Part shown: positions 1 to 8,169 of the stretch, one piece after another
Position numbering within the stretch: the stretch's first letter is position 1
Layout: every line of letters starts with the position of its first letter
Source of the DNA: a virus
Taxonomy: Duplodnaviria > Caudoviricetes
Length of the DNA: 53,650 bases
Virus record (IMG/VR): IMGVR_UViG_3300035161_000034
Span: 1 to 53,650 of that record
Direction: 5' to 3' (one strand)
Position numbers and translations under genes: made by a program
The notes under the pieces: generated by a model
Databases searched by the model: none
Seen by the model: the letters and a program-made list of their open reading frames with translations, nothing else
What the model was told of the DNA's origin: nothing

Positions 1-26
1 CAATTAAGGATGGCTACGACAAACCG

Positions 27-245
27 ATGACCCCCTTGGATGATCGCAGTCTGGCATGGCGTCAGATATTTGGCTGTAATGACGCGGACATCTGGACAAT
101 TGCGGATGTTAAAGCATTGCGCCCCGGTCTTGATGATGAATATTGCATGGATGTACTGGATACCGTACTCGCCGACAACAAAGCCAAACGAGGTATTACT
201 GAACAGATGCTGATTGATGCGGCAGAGGATCTATACCCGAAATAA
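27..245 (+). CDS. hypothetical phage protein, paralog of the C-terminal half of 873..1247
   Basis: Shares the motif IWTIxDVK..RP.L.DE.CM.VL...A.xLYP with ORF 873..1247. Confidence 0.65.
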   Translation: MTPLDDRSLAWRQIFGCNDADIWTIADVKALRPGLDDEYCMDVLDTVLADNKAKRGITEQMLIDAAEDLYPK

Positions 246-327
246 ATAAACAAAGATTTTTCAACTCAAAAAGGAGGACGCAATTTCTGTGACGAATAAA
301 CCCTAAATCAAATTAAAGAAGACTCTA

Positions 328-355
328 GTCCGGCGGGTGTCGATCCCTGCCGGAC
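328..355 (+). other. stem-loop upstream of an RBS
   Basis: GTCCGGCGGG...CCTGCCGGAC, 10-bp stem with one G-U pair, just before AAGGAG/ATG379. Confidence 0.45.
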
Positions 356-378
356 CCTTAAAAACAAGGAGACAACGA

Positions 379-876
379 ATGAAAGAATCCATACGACAAA
401 AACTCGCACGTAATATTCTGGCGGATACCCACATGACCGAGTTCACGGACATGATTGAAGAAGCCATTTGCAAAGACGCACTGGCAACATTGCCGCAGCC
501 GATCAAAAATCTAATCAGATCACACCCGGATCTGGAACGGTTCTTGAAAACCGGATGGATTAGCTTTGGTGACATAAGTGTCGTCGTATCCAATCCAGAA
601 TATAAAATGTCAGCAAGTGTTAAAGAAGAATGCGACGACATGCTGATCCAGCATCACGATCAACTTAAACGGCGCAAGGATCTGCGGCTGAAACTGCTGG
701 CCCTGTTACGGAAATATGAAACGGCTGAAGATTTTGTGGCTGAACACTGGCAATTTAAACACTACCTGCCGGAGAACTGGACAATCAGCGACAGTCATGC
801 CGCCATGACGGACGGCAGTCTCAGATCGCTATTAAACCTGCCCAAGTACGCAGAGAAAGAAGGAGATACCGAATGA
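379..876 (+). CDS. hypothetical protein, possibly Nmad5-like
   Basis: AAGGAG RBS before ATG379 (ORF track starts at 337); C-terminal LL..YET.......W.F...LP pattern loosely recalls Nmad5. Confidence 0.55.
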   Translation: MKESIRQKLARNILADTHMTEFTDMIEEAICKDALATLPQPIKNLIRSHPDLERFLKTGWISFGDISVVVSNPEYKMSASVKEECDDMLIQHHDQLKRRKDLRLKLLALLRKYETAEDFVAEHWQFKHYLPENWTISDSHAAMTDGSLRSLLNLPKYAEKEGDTE

Positions 877-1247
877 AAAAGGAAGTTATTGTACTGACGT
901 GGACAAGTGATGAAGCTGTATTTGTCCGGTACACATTTGATATAACAGAATCTCAGAGAGAACTCGGCAAGCATTTTAATATGGCTTATGACAAGGCTGA
1001 AGCTGAAGGGTATGGCAATCCGATGGTTGCGTTTGATGATACCAGTCCCGCATGGTGGGAAGTATTTGACAGCAGCCGCAGTGTTGCCGTTATCTGGACG
1101 ATTGAGGATGTAAAAATGCACCGGCCCGACCTGACAGATGAACAGTGCATGGAGGTATTAAAGTATATCCGCGATAACAATGCCGAGTTGAGTGAGACAA
1201 GTTACATACTGCAAGATACCGCAGATGAACTTTACCCACTGAAATAA
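873..1247 (+). CDS. hypothetical phage protein
   Basis: AAGGAG RBS, ATGA overlap with upstream stop, shares a domain with 27..245. Confidence 0.7.
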   Translation: MKKEVIVLTWTSDEAVFVRYTFDITESQRELGKHFNMAYDKAEAEGYGNPMVAFDDTSPAWWEVFDSSRSVAVIWTIEDVKMHRPDLTDEQCMEVLKYIRDNNAELSETSYILQDTADELYPLK

Positions 1248-1259
1248 CCACGTCTTAAC

Positions 1260-1288
1260 TTGACTTACAGTGCATAATTGCGTATAAT
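1260..1288 (+). promoter_or_regulatory. sigma70-type promoter
   Basis: TTGACT (1260-1265), 17-nt spacer, TATAAT (1283-1288), upstream of ardC. Confidence 0.85.
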
Positions 1289-1332
1289 AGGTATTGTAGG
1301 TTGATGATTTAAATACACAAAGGAGAAGTAAC

Positions 1333-2259
1333 ATGAGTAAGAAAACCACCACCAAAAAAGACTTGTATCAGGAAATAACCGACCGCATCGTGGCCTACCT
1401 TGAGAAAGGAGTCAAGCCGTGGGAAAAGCCGTGGCATGCAGCATCCAAGCATGGTCATGTATCCCGGCCATTGCGCTATAACGGCGAGCCGTATCAGGGC
1501 GTAAACGTGATCAATCTGTGGATGTCGGCAATGGAGCAGGGCTTCAGCACACCCATATGGATGACCTACAAACAGGCAGAATCATTGGGCGGTCAGGTCC
1601 GTAAGGGTGAGAAGGGATCGCTGTCGGTTCGGGCTGGTACGTTTCTTAAAACCGAACAGGACCGTAATGGGGATGAAGTGGAAAAGACACTGCGATTCCT
1701 GAAACGATTTGCCGTATTCAATGTGGATCAGATCGACGGATTGCCGGACAAATACTATGCAACACCGGACGAACTGGTGCCGTTGAGTGAGGATGAACGT
1801 ATTGACCGCGTGGATCAGTTTTTCAAAAACACCGGTGCATCCATTCAGCATGGCGGAGCCAGTGCGTTCTACAGTCCGACGCATGACTTTATTAACATGC
1901 CACCGTTTGAACGGTTCTTTAATCGGGAGAGCTATTACGCGACACTGGCGCATGAAACCACCCACTGGACCCGGCACAAGTCACGGCTTAACCGCGACCT
2001 TGGCCGCAAGTCTTGGGGCGATGCCGGGTATGCGATGGAAGAACTGGTGGCGGAACTGGGGGCGGCATTCTTATGTGCCGATCTTGCGATTACACTGGAG
2101 CCGCGTGATGATCATGCCGACTACATTGGCGCTTGGCTGGAAGTCCTGAAGAAGGACACCCGCGCCGTGTTTACCGCAGCCAGCCACGCCACCAAAGCGG
2201 TGACCTACTTGCACGAACTACAACCGGGCAGTGAAGTATCTGCACGCGCCGCTGCTTGA
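1333..2259 (+). CDS. ardC: ArdC-like ssDNA-binding antirestriction protein with zincin-like domain
   Basis: N-terminal YQEITDRI...PWEKPW...YQGVN...WMTYKQA...GGQVRKGEKG; HETTHWT zincin motif; YAMEELVAELGAAFL. Confidence 0.92.
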   Translation: MSKKTTTKKDLYQEITDRIVAYLEKGVKPWEKPWHAASKHGHVSRPLRYNGEPYQGVNVINLWMSAMEQGFSTPIWMTYKQAESLGGQVRKGEKGSLSVRAGTFLKTEQDRNGDEVEKTLRFLKRFAVFNVDQIDGLPDKYYATPDELVPLSEDERIDRVDQFFKNTGASIQHGGASAFYSPTHDFINMPPFERFFNRESYYATLAHETTHWTRHKSRLNRDLGRKSWGDAGYAMEELVAELGAAFLCADLAITLEPRDDHADYIGAWLEVLKKDTRAVFTAASHATKAVTYLHELQPGSEVSARAAA

Positions 2260-2270
2260 CACCCTGACAG

Positions 2271-2295
2271 AGACTGACCGCCAAAGGCGGCAGTC
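2271..2295 (+). other. intergenic stem-loop
   Basis: GACTG-a-CCGCC-aaa-GGCGG-CAGTC after the ardC stop; no U-tract. Confidence 0.5.
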
Positions 2296-2305
2296 CGCTT
2301 CGCTG

Positions 2306-2325
2306 AACTGGTATTTCTACCAGTT
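2306..2325. repeat. 20-bp palindrome, copy 1 (TTTC core)
   Basis: AACTGGTA-TTTC-TACCAGTT. Confidence 0.95.
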
Positions 2326-2356
2326 ACACCATTAAACACACAAAGGAGATGACACC

Positions 2357-3178
2357 ATGACAAAATTTTATTTACCAAACGGCATGACCAACGGGCTTGA
2401 GGTTGAATGGCTGCATGAATTCACACTACAGCGACGTTTTATTAACGCGCTGAATGAATCATCCAAGGCACCGGCATCGAAGTCACTATATGACAACCGC
2501 TTTGTCGGGACGCTGAATATACGGCTGATACATGATGAAGAATTGACATGGAAATGCCACACCTATCTGGCTGCCACGGACTGCACAATGGCAATGATAT
2601 TGAACCAGACGACCCACGCACTGTGCTTCGATGAATCAACTGAAACACCAACTATCGCGGAGTCGGTGGAGTTTAACGTGTCGCTGACAGCCCTGTACCG
2701 GTTTATGCAGAACTTCCCGGCGAAAGAAGTACACAAGGTGCTGATATCCGTTGTCAAATATGTCAATGGCTCATATGAGATCTATGCATCATGTAATACC
2801 GATTGCATCGAGCTGGCTCTATTGGATATCGTGTATCCAAACGTAGCCAAAACCGTACCAGATCACATATCGGAAGTGACTGCGTATTTTTCCGACGCAA
2901 CACTGGAAAAGGTGCTGAAGATTAATAATTTTCTTAAAGGTAAAACAAATGCGAAGGGCGCGGTATCGGTTATGATTCGGCATAATGGTAATCGATCCAA
3001 CGTGGTATCACTGAATGACGGCGATTGTGTGCTGGTCATCATGCCGGTTAGATTAGGCAAGTCGGATGATGAGGCACTGAATAATGAATTCCGCTATCAA
3101 CAATCGTGGGTAAAGCATATGTGCGAGGCCAAATCACAACGAATTACCGACAGGATGGACATGCGCAAGGCGGGTTGA
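2357..3178 (+). CDS. hypothetical protein, possible partial beta sliding-clamp-like fold
   Basis: LAATD and VLVIMPVRL resemble the ATD and MPMRL motifs of DnaN; ACACAAAGGAGA leader. Confidence 0.5.
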   Translation: MTKFYLPNGMTNGLEVEWLHEFTLQRRFINALNESSKAPASKSLYDNRFVGTLNIRLIHDEELTWKCHTYLAATDCTMAMILNQTTHALCFDESTETPTIAESVEFNVSLTALYRFMQNFPAKEVHKVLISVVKYVNGSYEIYASCNTDCIELALLDIVYPNVAKTVPDHISEVTAYFSDATLEKVLKINNFLKGKTNAKGAVSVMIRHNGNRSNVVSLNDGDCVLVIMPVRLGKSDDEALNNEFRYQQSWVKHMCEAKSQRITDRMDMRKAG

Positions 3179-3197
3179 ACTGGTATTTCTACCAGTT
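3178..3197. repeat. 20-bp palindrome, copy 2 (TTTC core)
   Basis: AACTGGTA-TTTC-TACCAGTT, overlapping the upstream TGA stop. Confidence 0.95.
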
Positions 3198-3234
3198 CTG
3201 AAGAATTACTTAATTACACAAAGGAGATTTGAAA

Positions 3235-3564
3235 ATGACTGACAGAACTATTCACCCTGAAAGAATTATTTTGCCGGTTGACGGCGAGCCGGACTTGGCA
3301 TTTACCGGTACATTATTGGCAAAGGTTTTGGATAACGATGAACCTGATGATGAATACTGGACCATACTGGCGTTGTATATTACGACAAAAGGTCAGTATG
3401 TAATTCATCGCACAGATGACTCGCGCCGGTCGAATTATCCTGCGATCCACCTTGCAAAAGTATGCAGCACACCGCAAGAAGTGATTGAGTTTCTCGGTCA
3501 AGATACGTTACCGAAAAGACTGTACGAAGCGGCCAGCATTCCTAACATCCGTGAGATCGAGTGA
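3235..3564 (+). CDS. hypothetical phage protein
   Basis: ACACAAAGGAGA leader at 3216-3227, ATG3235. Confidence 0.75.
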   Translation: MTDRTIHPERIILPVDGEPDLAFTGTLLAKVLDNDEPDDEYWTILALYITTKGQYVIHRTDDSRRSNYPAIHLAKVCSTPQEVIEFLGQDTLPKRLYEAASIPNIREIE

Positions 3565-3571
3565 GGCTGAC

Positions 3572-3805
3572 ATGAACCTTAAACAGAAAGACCTGTTGAT
3601 GTTGACGCGAAAAATTGGCGGCTATACGCCTGCGCCGAGGTATCAAATGACGGAATCCGAGTGCCAAGCACTATGCGGGTTACACAACCTTGGATTTGCA
3701 AAAGTCGCCCCGGACTGGAGCTTTATGCTAACGAAACAAGGGGAAGCAAAAGCGGATGAACTGATCAGACAAGGAGATAACCTATGCAACCACGACTCAA
3801 TCTGA
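3572..3805 (+). CDS. hypothetical protein, possible winged-helix
   Basis: GAGG before ATG3572; L..LG.......LT.QG pattern. Confidence 0.55.
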   Translation: MNLKQKDLLMLTRKIGGYTPAPRYQMTESECQALCGLHNLGFAKVAPDWSFMLTKQGEAKADELIRQGDNLCNHDSI

Positions 3806-3963
3806 TCGAATCCCCGCAGCCGGACAGCTATGCCGATCCGTCGGCGACACCGTATATGATGCGCCGCCAAGGGCGTCTGCATCGCATTCATGCCGGGCCT
3901 ACGGGCGGGATGTATATTATCATAAAAGGACGCAAAGTCGGCTTAAGCCGGAAAAGGCGTTAG
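3784..3963 (+). CDS. small basic protein, 59 aa, absent from the ORF track
   Basis: AAGGAG at 3771-3776, ATG3784, open to TAG3961-3963 (MQPRLNLIES...GRKVGLSRKRR). Confidence 0.65.
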   Translation: MQPRLNLIESPQPDSYADPSATPYMMRRQGRLHRIHAGPTGGMYIIIKGRKVGLSRKRR

Positions 3964-4003
3964 GCACTATCACGGCACCGTGACCGGTGGCGGCTATTAT
4001 TAA

Positions 4004-4023
4004 AACTGGTAGAAATACCAGTT
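4004..4023. repeat. 20-bp palindrome, copy 3 (GAAA core)
   Basis: AACTGGTA-GAAA-TACCAGTT. Confidence 0.95.
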
Positions 4024-4030
4024 ACATTTA

Positions 4031-4084
4031 GTAACTGCTTAAGGTGGTGGTTTAACCAGTTAAGACCCTGCCTTAAGCAGTCAA
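4031..4084. promoter_or_regulatory. three-box module A
   Basis: TTAAGCAGTTAA-like 12-mers at 4031 (inverted), 4052 and 4073; 21-bp period. Confidence 0.7.
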
Positions 4085-4104
4085 AAACACAAAGGAGACA
4101 CATC

Positions 4105-4521
4105 ATGAGTCAGAATAAAATTTTACTGGGTAAGACCGCCGAACACGGAGTTATTTATCTGGAAAAACACAGTTGGGATTGCGACTGGTACTGGGGCTTT
4201 GGCTATGTTGGCAACAACCACAGCCATTTTCATTTTGAGTCGTTCCTCGGCAGTGAAACCGATATCCATAAGATATTCGAGGAAACGCCGTTGACACAGC
4301 TTCAGTGGTGGGTACTGCGCGATCTGTTTATTCAAGCCTATGCCCTGAAGAAAGCCGCAGAAGTGTATCGTTACGGCGGTCATCAGATAGATAGAGTCAT
4401 TTGCCGCGTCATTGTCGACAAGGAAAAAGCCAAGATTCTTAACCATGATCTGGAAGTGGTATTGAACTGGATCTGGCAGTTGTTACAGGGTTGGTCTGAA
4501 GATTGGACAGGCAATCATTAA
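4105..4521 (+). CDS. hypothetical phage protein
   Basis: ACACAAAGGAGA leader; distinctive WDCDWYWGFGY motif. Confidence 0.8.
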   Translation: MSQNKILLGKTAEHGVIYLEKHSWDCDWYWGFGYVGNNHSHFHFESFLGSETDIHKIFEETPLTQLQWWVLRDLFIQAYALKKAAEVYRYGGHQIDRVICRVIVDKEKAKILNHDLEVVLNWIWQLLQGWSEDWTGNH

Positions 4522-4655
4522 GAATCACGGCGACCTGAAGCTGAAAAGGCAGGTTTCAGCGGGCCGCCGCTTGGAAGTGATGCTCAAAATTACGATTGGA
4601 GATACTACTAGTGTAAAACTGAAAGACAATCGAACCCGATTTGGCGGTGCGGATT

Positions 4656-4689
4656 CCGGGGCGGGTTTAGTTCGAGAGATTCGCCCCGG
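4656..4689 (+). terminator. possible terminator or RNA hairpin
   Basis: 13-bp stem with three G-U pairs followed by a short TTT run. Confidence 0.4.
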
Positions 4690-4863
4690 TTTCACACACA
4701 ACACACAATTGCCACACCAAATAAAACAACATGAGTCCGACGAAATGCATCATACCGAAGCGGCAGACAGATGTAAAGGGGTAAAACAAATCTGAATTGA
4801 TACGTGAGGTAAAACAAGCTATTATCGCGGACTTTACATTAATGACACAAAGGAGATACACCA

Positions 4864-5505
4864 ATGAGAGCCTATTATCCACCTGAACTCAAAGCCGATA
4901 TTGTTGCGGAAGCATCCAAGCCCGGTGCGCGGTGTGCGGATGTTGCCGAACGGCATGGCATCCGTACCAATCTGGTCAGCCGGTGGGTGCGGGAAGCCAA
5001 ACTTCCCGGCAAAAAACGATCGTGGATGTCGCAACGCGCCGAGGCATGGATAGAAAAGATTAATGAACTGACCGCGCTGAACAAGGCGCAGGCCGACACC
5101 ATTGCCAAGCTGGAAGAAAAGCTGGAGCAGCAGACCGGACATGCGGAACTGGCAAGAAGTTGGGATGATGTTGATGAAGTCGGCAATACGCTCGTAACCA
5201 GCGACGAAACCGCCGCAGAAATGGCACGGTTGCAGGCGTTACTCGAATCCTGCCGTGAGAAGTTAGATGAAAAAGACAATCAGATTGCCGCACTACACCA
5301 GAATGCCGAGCATCAACAGCGGCGCGAAAATATGTTCAACGCCATGCATGAAAAACTGCTGGCGATAGATGACGCACTGGATGCCATGACCATCGAGCGT
5401 GATATGCTGCGCAACATGATGATCGCGGAAGAACGTAAGAAACGGAAAAAAGCGCAGGTATTAAAACATTCGGTGCTGTGGGATACCGGCAAAAAGGAAG
5501 ACTAA
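4864..5505 (+). CDS. HTH protein (IS3/IS66 OrfA-type HTH) fused to a coiled coil
   Basis: YPPELKADIV...GARCADVAERHGIRTNLVSRW; heptad-rich C-terminus; no DDE partner. Confidence 0.75.
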   Translation: MRAYYPPELKADIVAEASKPGARCADVAERHGIRTNLVSRWVREAKLPGKKRSWMSQRAEAWIEKINELTALNKAQADTIAKLEEKLEQQTGHAELARSWDDVDEVGNTLVTSDETAAEMARLQALLESCREKLDEKDNQIAALHQNAEHQQRRENMFNAMHEKLLAIDDALDAMTIERDMLRNMMIAEERKKRKKAQVLKHSVLWDTGKKED

Positions 5506-5506
5506 A

Positions 5507-5581
5507 GACTAACCGGTGTGGGCGGGAGACAACATCCATACGTCAGCACGAAATGAAAAAGCAGTACCCACACCGTTAGTC
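5507..5581. repeat. 75-bp imperfect inverted repeat
   Basis: GACTAAcCGGTGTGGG ... CCCACACCGTTAGTC, 15 bp with one bulge. Confidence 0.8.
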
Positions 5582-5684
5582 GTCACAAAGGAGATTCAGA
5601 TGGCCACCACACCATGCTGAACTGTTGCCGCGTGACCAGCAACCCGACCATTGTATAACAAAATGAACCATGACGGAGACAACA

Positions 5685-6350
5685 ATGTTAAGTATGACCT
5701 TGAACCAAATCTGGCAGCATGACCCCTGCGAGGAAAGTTGGGACACGCTGGCCGCGACCCTTGGCGTCAGAAACCATATCTCATTGCAGGATTGCGAAGA
5801 TACCGGCAAGCTGGTCGATTTCAACAAGCCGATCCCGCTGACGGTGGTTTTGAAAAGTAACGGTATCGTCGATGCGTTATGGTGTGTGGATCGCGGCACC
5901 AGTCGGTTAATTCGCGTCAAGGTTTGTTTTATGAGTGCGAATTACATTGCCCATCACGCATCGTCGGATCTGTACCTGATATTCAAACACTTTAGAAATG
6001 AGGTAGATGAACTTTGGCTGGAAACCCTCAGTGTGCCGGTTGTTGACCCCAAAGCATGTGCAGATCGGCTTGAGCAGATCATGGATGACTATGAAAGCAA
6101 ACTGCATGATGCGGTGAAGGATTTTTTAGCACAACCTTACGATGCGCACTGGGAAAAGGTCCAGCGGGAGCGGATGGTGATGGTGATTCGATTGCGCCGA
6201 CTCAAGCAAGATTGGTCAGCAATGACGACTTATTTACGGACCCATCTATACGTCCGGCAATACCTGAATGACTTTTTAACCGAGGAAGAATTTAACGATA
6301 TGTACGAGAATCAACTGGTTAAACTACTTAATCAAGGTAGATTGTCATGA
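5685..6350 (+). CDS. hypothetical phage protein
   Basis: GGAG before ATG5685 (alternative start 5670); TLN.I..H.PC...W..L...LG...SNG..DALW N-terminus. Confidence 0.75.
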   Translation: MLSMTLNQIWQHDPCEESWDTLAATLGVRNHISLQDCEDTGKLVDFNKPIPLTVVLKSNGIVDALWCVDRGTSRLIRVKVCFMSANYIAHHASSDLYLIFKHFRNEVDELWLETLSVPVVDPKACADRLEQIMDDYESKLHDAVKDFLAQPYDAHWEKVQRERMVMVIRLRRLKQDWSAMTTYLRTHLYVRQYLNDFLTEEEFNDMYENQLVKLLNQGRLS

Positions 6351-6634
6351 TACGGCAATCGGAGTTAAAAAAGATCCTGCATTATGACCCGATCAAAGGG
6401 GTTTTCACGCGGCTGGTTAAGGTGAATAATCGCAAGATTGGTTCTGTCGCCGGATGCATACAGAACGGCTATATCACCATCATGATTGCGGGCAAACCCT
6501 ATCAAGGGCACCGGCTGGCATGGATATACATGAAAGGCAATAAGGATATGCCGTACCGCTTAACGCTGAAGAACGGCATCCGGCACGACATCCGGTGGGA
6601 AAATATTGCCGTACTGAAACAACGGTTATGCTGA
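6347..6634 (+). CDS. HNH homing-endonuclease-like protein with degenerate active site
   Basis: L.YDP..G.F, G.VAG....GY, HRLAW scaffold; IDHING replaced by LTLKNG and DNR by DIR. Confidence 0.75.
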   Translation: MIRQSELKKILHYDPIKGVFTRLVKVNNRKIGSVAGCIQNGYITIMIAGKPYQGHRLAWIYMKGNKDMPYRLTLKNGIRHDIRWENIAVLKQRLC

Positions 6635-6730
6635 AGATTGAACAACTTGCCGAGTGCGGTAAAACTTGAGTCAGGGCTGGATCTGGTGTAGTATGAGCTA
6701 TCCATTATTTAAAGATACAAGAGGTTCAGA

Positions 6731-6982
6731 ATGGTCGATCTAGTAGAACTGGCAGACCGGGAAAATGTTAGCGTCGAAGAATTCATGGACGCGATACTTT
6801 GTTATACCGCCGCGATTGCAAACGCGGCAATTGACAAGCACGACGACCCGGACAGCGAAAACAAAACAGAATTTATCCTGCATAATGTCAATTACTCGTA
6901 CCGTATCACCGTGGAGCGCCTGCCGCTACCGCACAGTGTTTACAACGGGACTTTTGACAGACGAAAAAAACAACGCGCATGA
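6731..6982 (+). CDS. hypothetical protein
   Basis: GAGG RBS, co-oriented with neighbours. Confidence 0.65.
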   Translation: MVDLVELADRENVSVEEFMDAILCYTAAIANAAIDKHDDPDSENKTEFILHNVNYSYRITVERLPLPHSVYNGTFDRRKKQRA

Positions 6983-7034
6983 ATTTTTTAAACCGTCACG
7001 GCTTGGCATAACCCGCCAAGCCTGACAGATATTT

Positions 7035-7355
7035 ATGGATGACCGTGACGAGGGATTTGTCATCAAGGTTGGGCTGGCTGAAGTGCTGGCACAGTTGGTT
7101 GAGGCTTATATCGGTGGGGTGGACGAATACGTGAATGATGTACTTTACGGTCTGATAACGTATAGCGATCTGATCGACTTCATTGAAGCGCAGCCTAAAG
7201 TACATGCCCACATCGTCAAGACCCTGATGGAAATTGACGGCGACGATGACAAAGTATTTGAGTACATCCATTATCTGGCGCAGACCATGCTGGATAAAAC
7301 CACGCAGTGCGGCGAAAATCATTTTGTCGGCCTGCCAAGCAGTAGCATTCATTAA
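7035..7355 (+). CDS. acidic hypothetical protein
   Basis: Fills the gap in the + strand run; weak RBS. Confidence 0.6.
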   Translation: MDDRDEGFVIKVGLAEVLAQLVEAYIGGVDEYVNDVLYGLITYSDLIDFIEAQPKVHAHIVKTLMEIDGDDDKVFEYIHYLAQTMLDKTTQCGENHFVGLPSSSIH

Positions 7356-7372
7356 CACAAAGGAGAGACACC

Positions 7373-7663
7373 ATGTACCAGTATATGAGTAAAGGCAAGT
7401 TTATCGAACGGTTGTCGGACGATCTGACACGCACTAACGCAACCGCGTTATTCGAGCATTTAGAGATTATTCACCGGGGTGAATACTTGTTTGATATTGG
7501 AGATATTCGCCAGCAATTTGATCAAACCACGCTGGACGAAATCCGCAAAGTACATCCGGTTGAGTTCGCCGATCTGGATGACTGGCAGGTATTAAAAAAA
7601 CTTGGCCGAATGACCTTAATCATCCAGTCGGATGAAGAACCGTATCTGATTGGCCGGTTTTAA
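7373..7663 (+). CDS. hypothetical phage protein
   Basis: ACACAAAGGAGA leader at 7355-7366. Confidence 0.75.
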   Translation: MYQYMSKGKFIERLSDDLTRTNATALFEHLEIIHRGEYLFDIGDIRQQFDQTTLDEIRKVHPVEFADLDDWQVLKKLGRMTLIIQSDEEPYLIGRF

Positions 7664-7664
7664 A

Positions 7665-7684
7665 AACTGGTAGAAATACCAGTT
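7665..7684. repeat. 20-bp palindrome, copy 4 (GAAA core)
   Basis: AACTGGTA-GAAA-TACCAGTT, 1 nt after a stop codon. Confidence 0.95.
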
Positions 7685-7686
7685 TG

Positions 7687-7740
7687 TCAACTGCTCAAGT
7701 CAGTACCTTGAGCAGTTAAGAACACCATTTAAGCAGTTAA
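7687..7740. promoter_or_regulatory. three-box module B
   Basis: 12-mers at 7687 (inverted), 7708 and 7729; 21-bp period, same geometry as module A. Confidence 0.7.
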
Positions 7741-7761
7741 AGACACAAAGGAGAGATCACA

Positions 7762-8169
7762 ATGTCCGTAGGGAAACTGGATACTGTCGGCATGTCGCTG
7801 GAACTGGCGCGTATCGACGAAAAACATAATGGCCGGGTGGAAGCATTCGCGCGGTTGTCTGGCGTACTGTCGAATCTGCTGGAGATCGAGCAGGCCAAGG
7901 AGCATTTGCTGGATGCGGAAATCTTCAGCCTGAGCATCACGGAAGCGACGATCCGAACCTTGATGCGGCAAGCGCCGAACAACCAGAAAGGCCGGGAGTA
8001 TAAGGCGGAGTGGATGGGTAAACGCGCCAATCTGATGTCCGCGATCAAGGTGCGCAAACGGCAGGCGGAACAGACCCGCAAGCGATTGGGCAAACTCAAC
8101 AGCATGTTGAATCAGGTCGTCGCATTCAACAAGTTGACCGATGCCGCGCAGGAGGTGGACGATGGGTAG
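7762..8169 (+). CDS. coiled-coil hypothetical protein
   Basis: ACACAAAGGAGA leader at 7743-7754. Confidence 0.75.
   Translation: MSVGKLDTVGMSLELARIDEKHNGRVEAFARLSGVLSNLLEIEQAKEHLLDAEIFSLSITEATIRTLMRQAPNNQKGREYKAEWMGKRANLMSAIKVRKRQAEQTRKRLGKLNSMLNQVVAFNKLTDAAQEVDDG

Noticed and set aside
4728-4750. Hammerhead-like ATGAGTCCGACGAAA
   Set aside because: Lacks the CUGA core and stem II would need a 1-nt loop
4864-5505. Insertion sequence
   Set aside because: No catalytic transposase, terminal inverted repeats or target duplication
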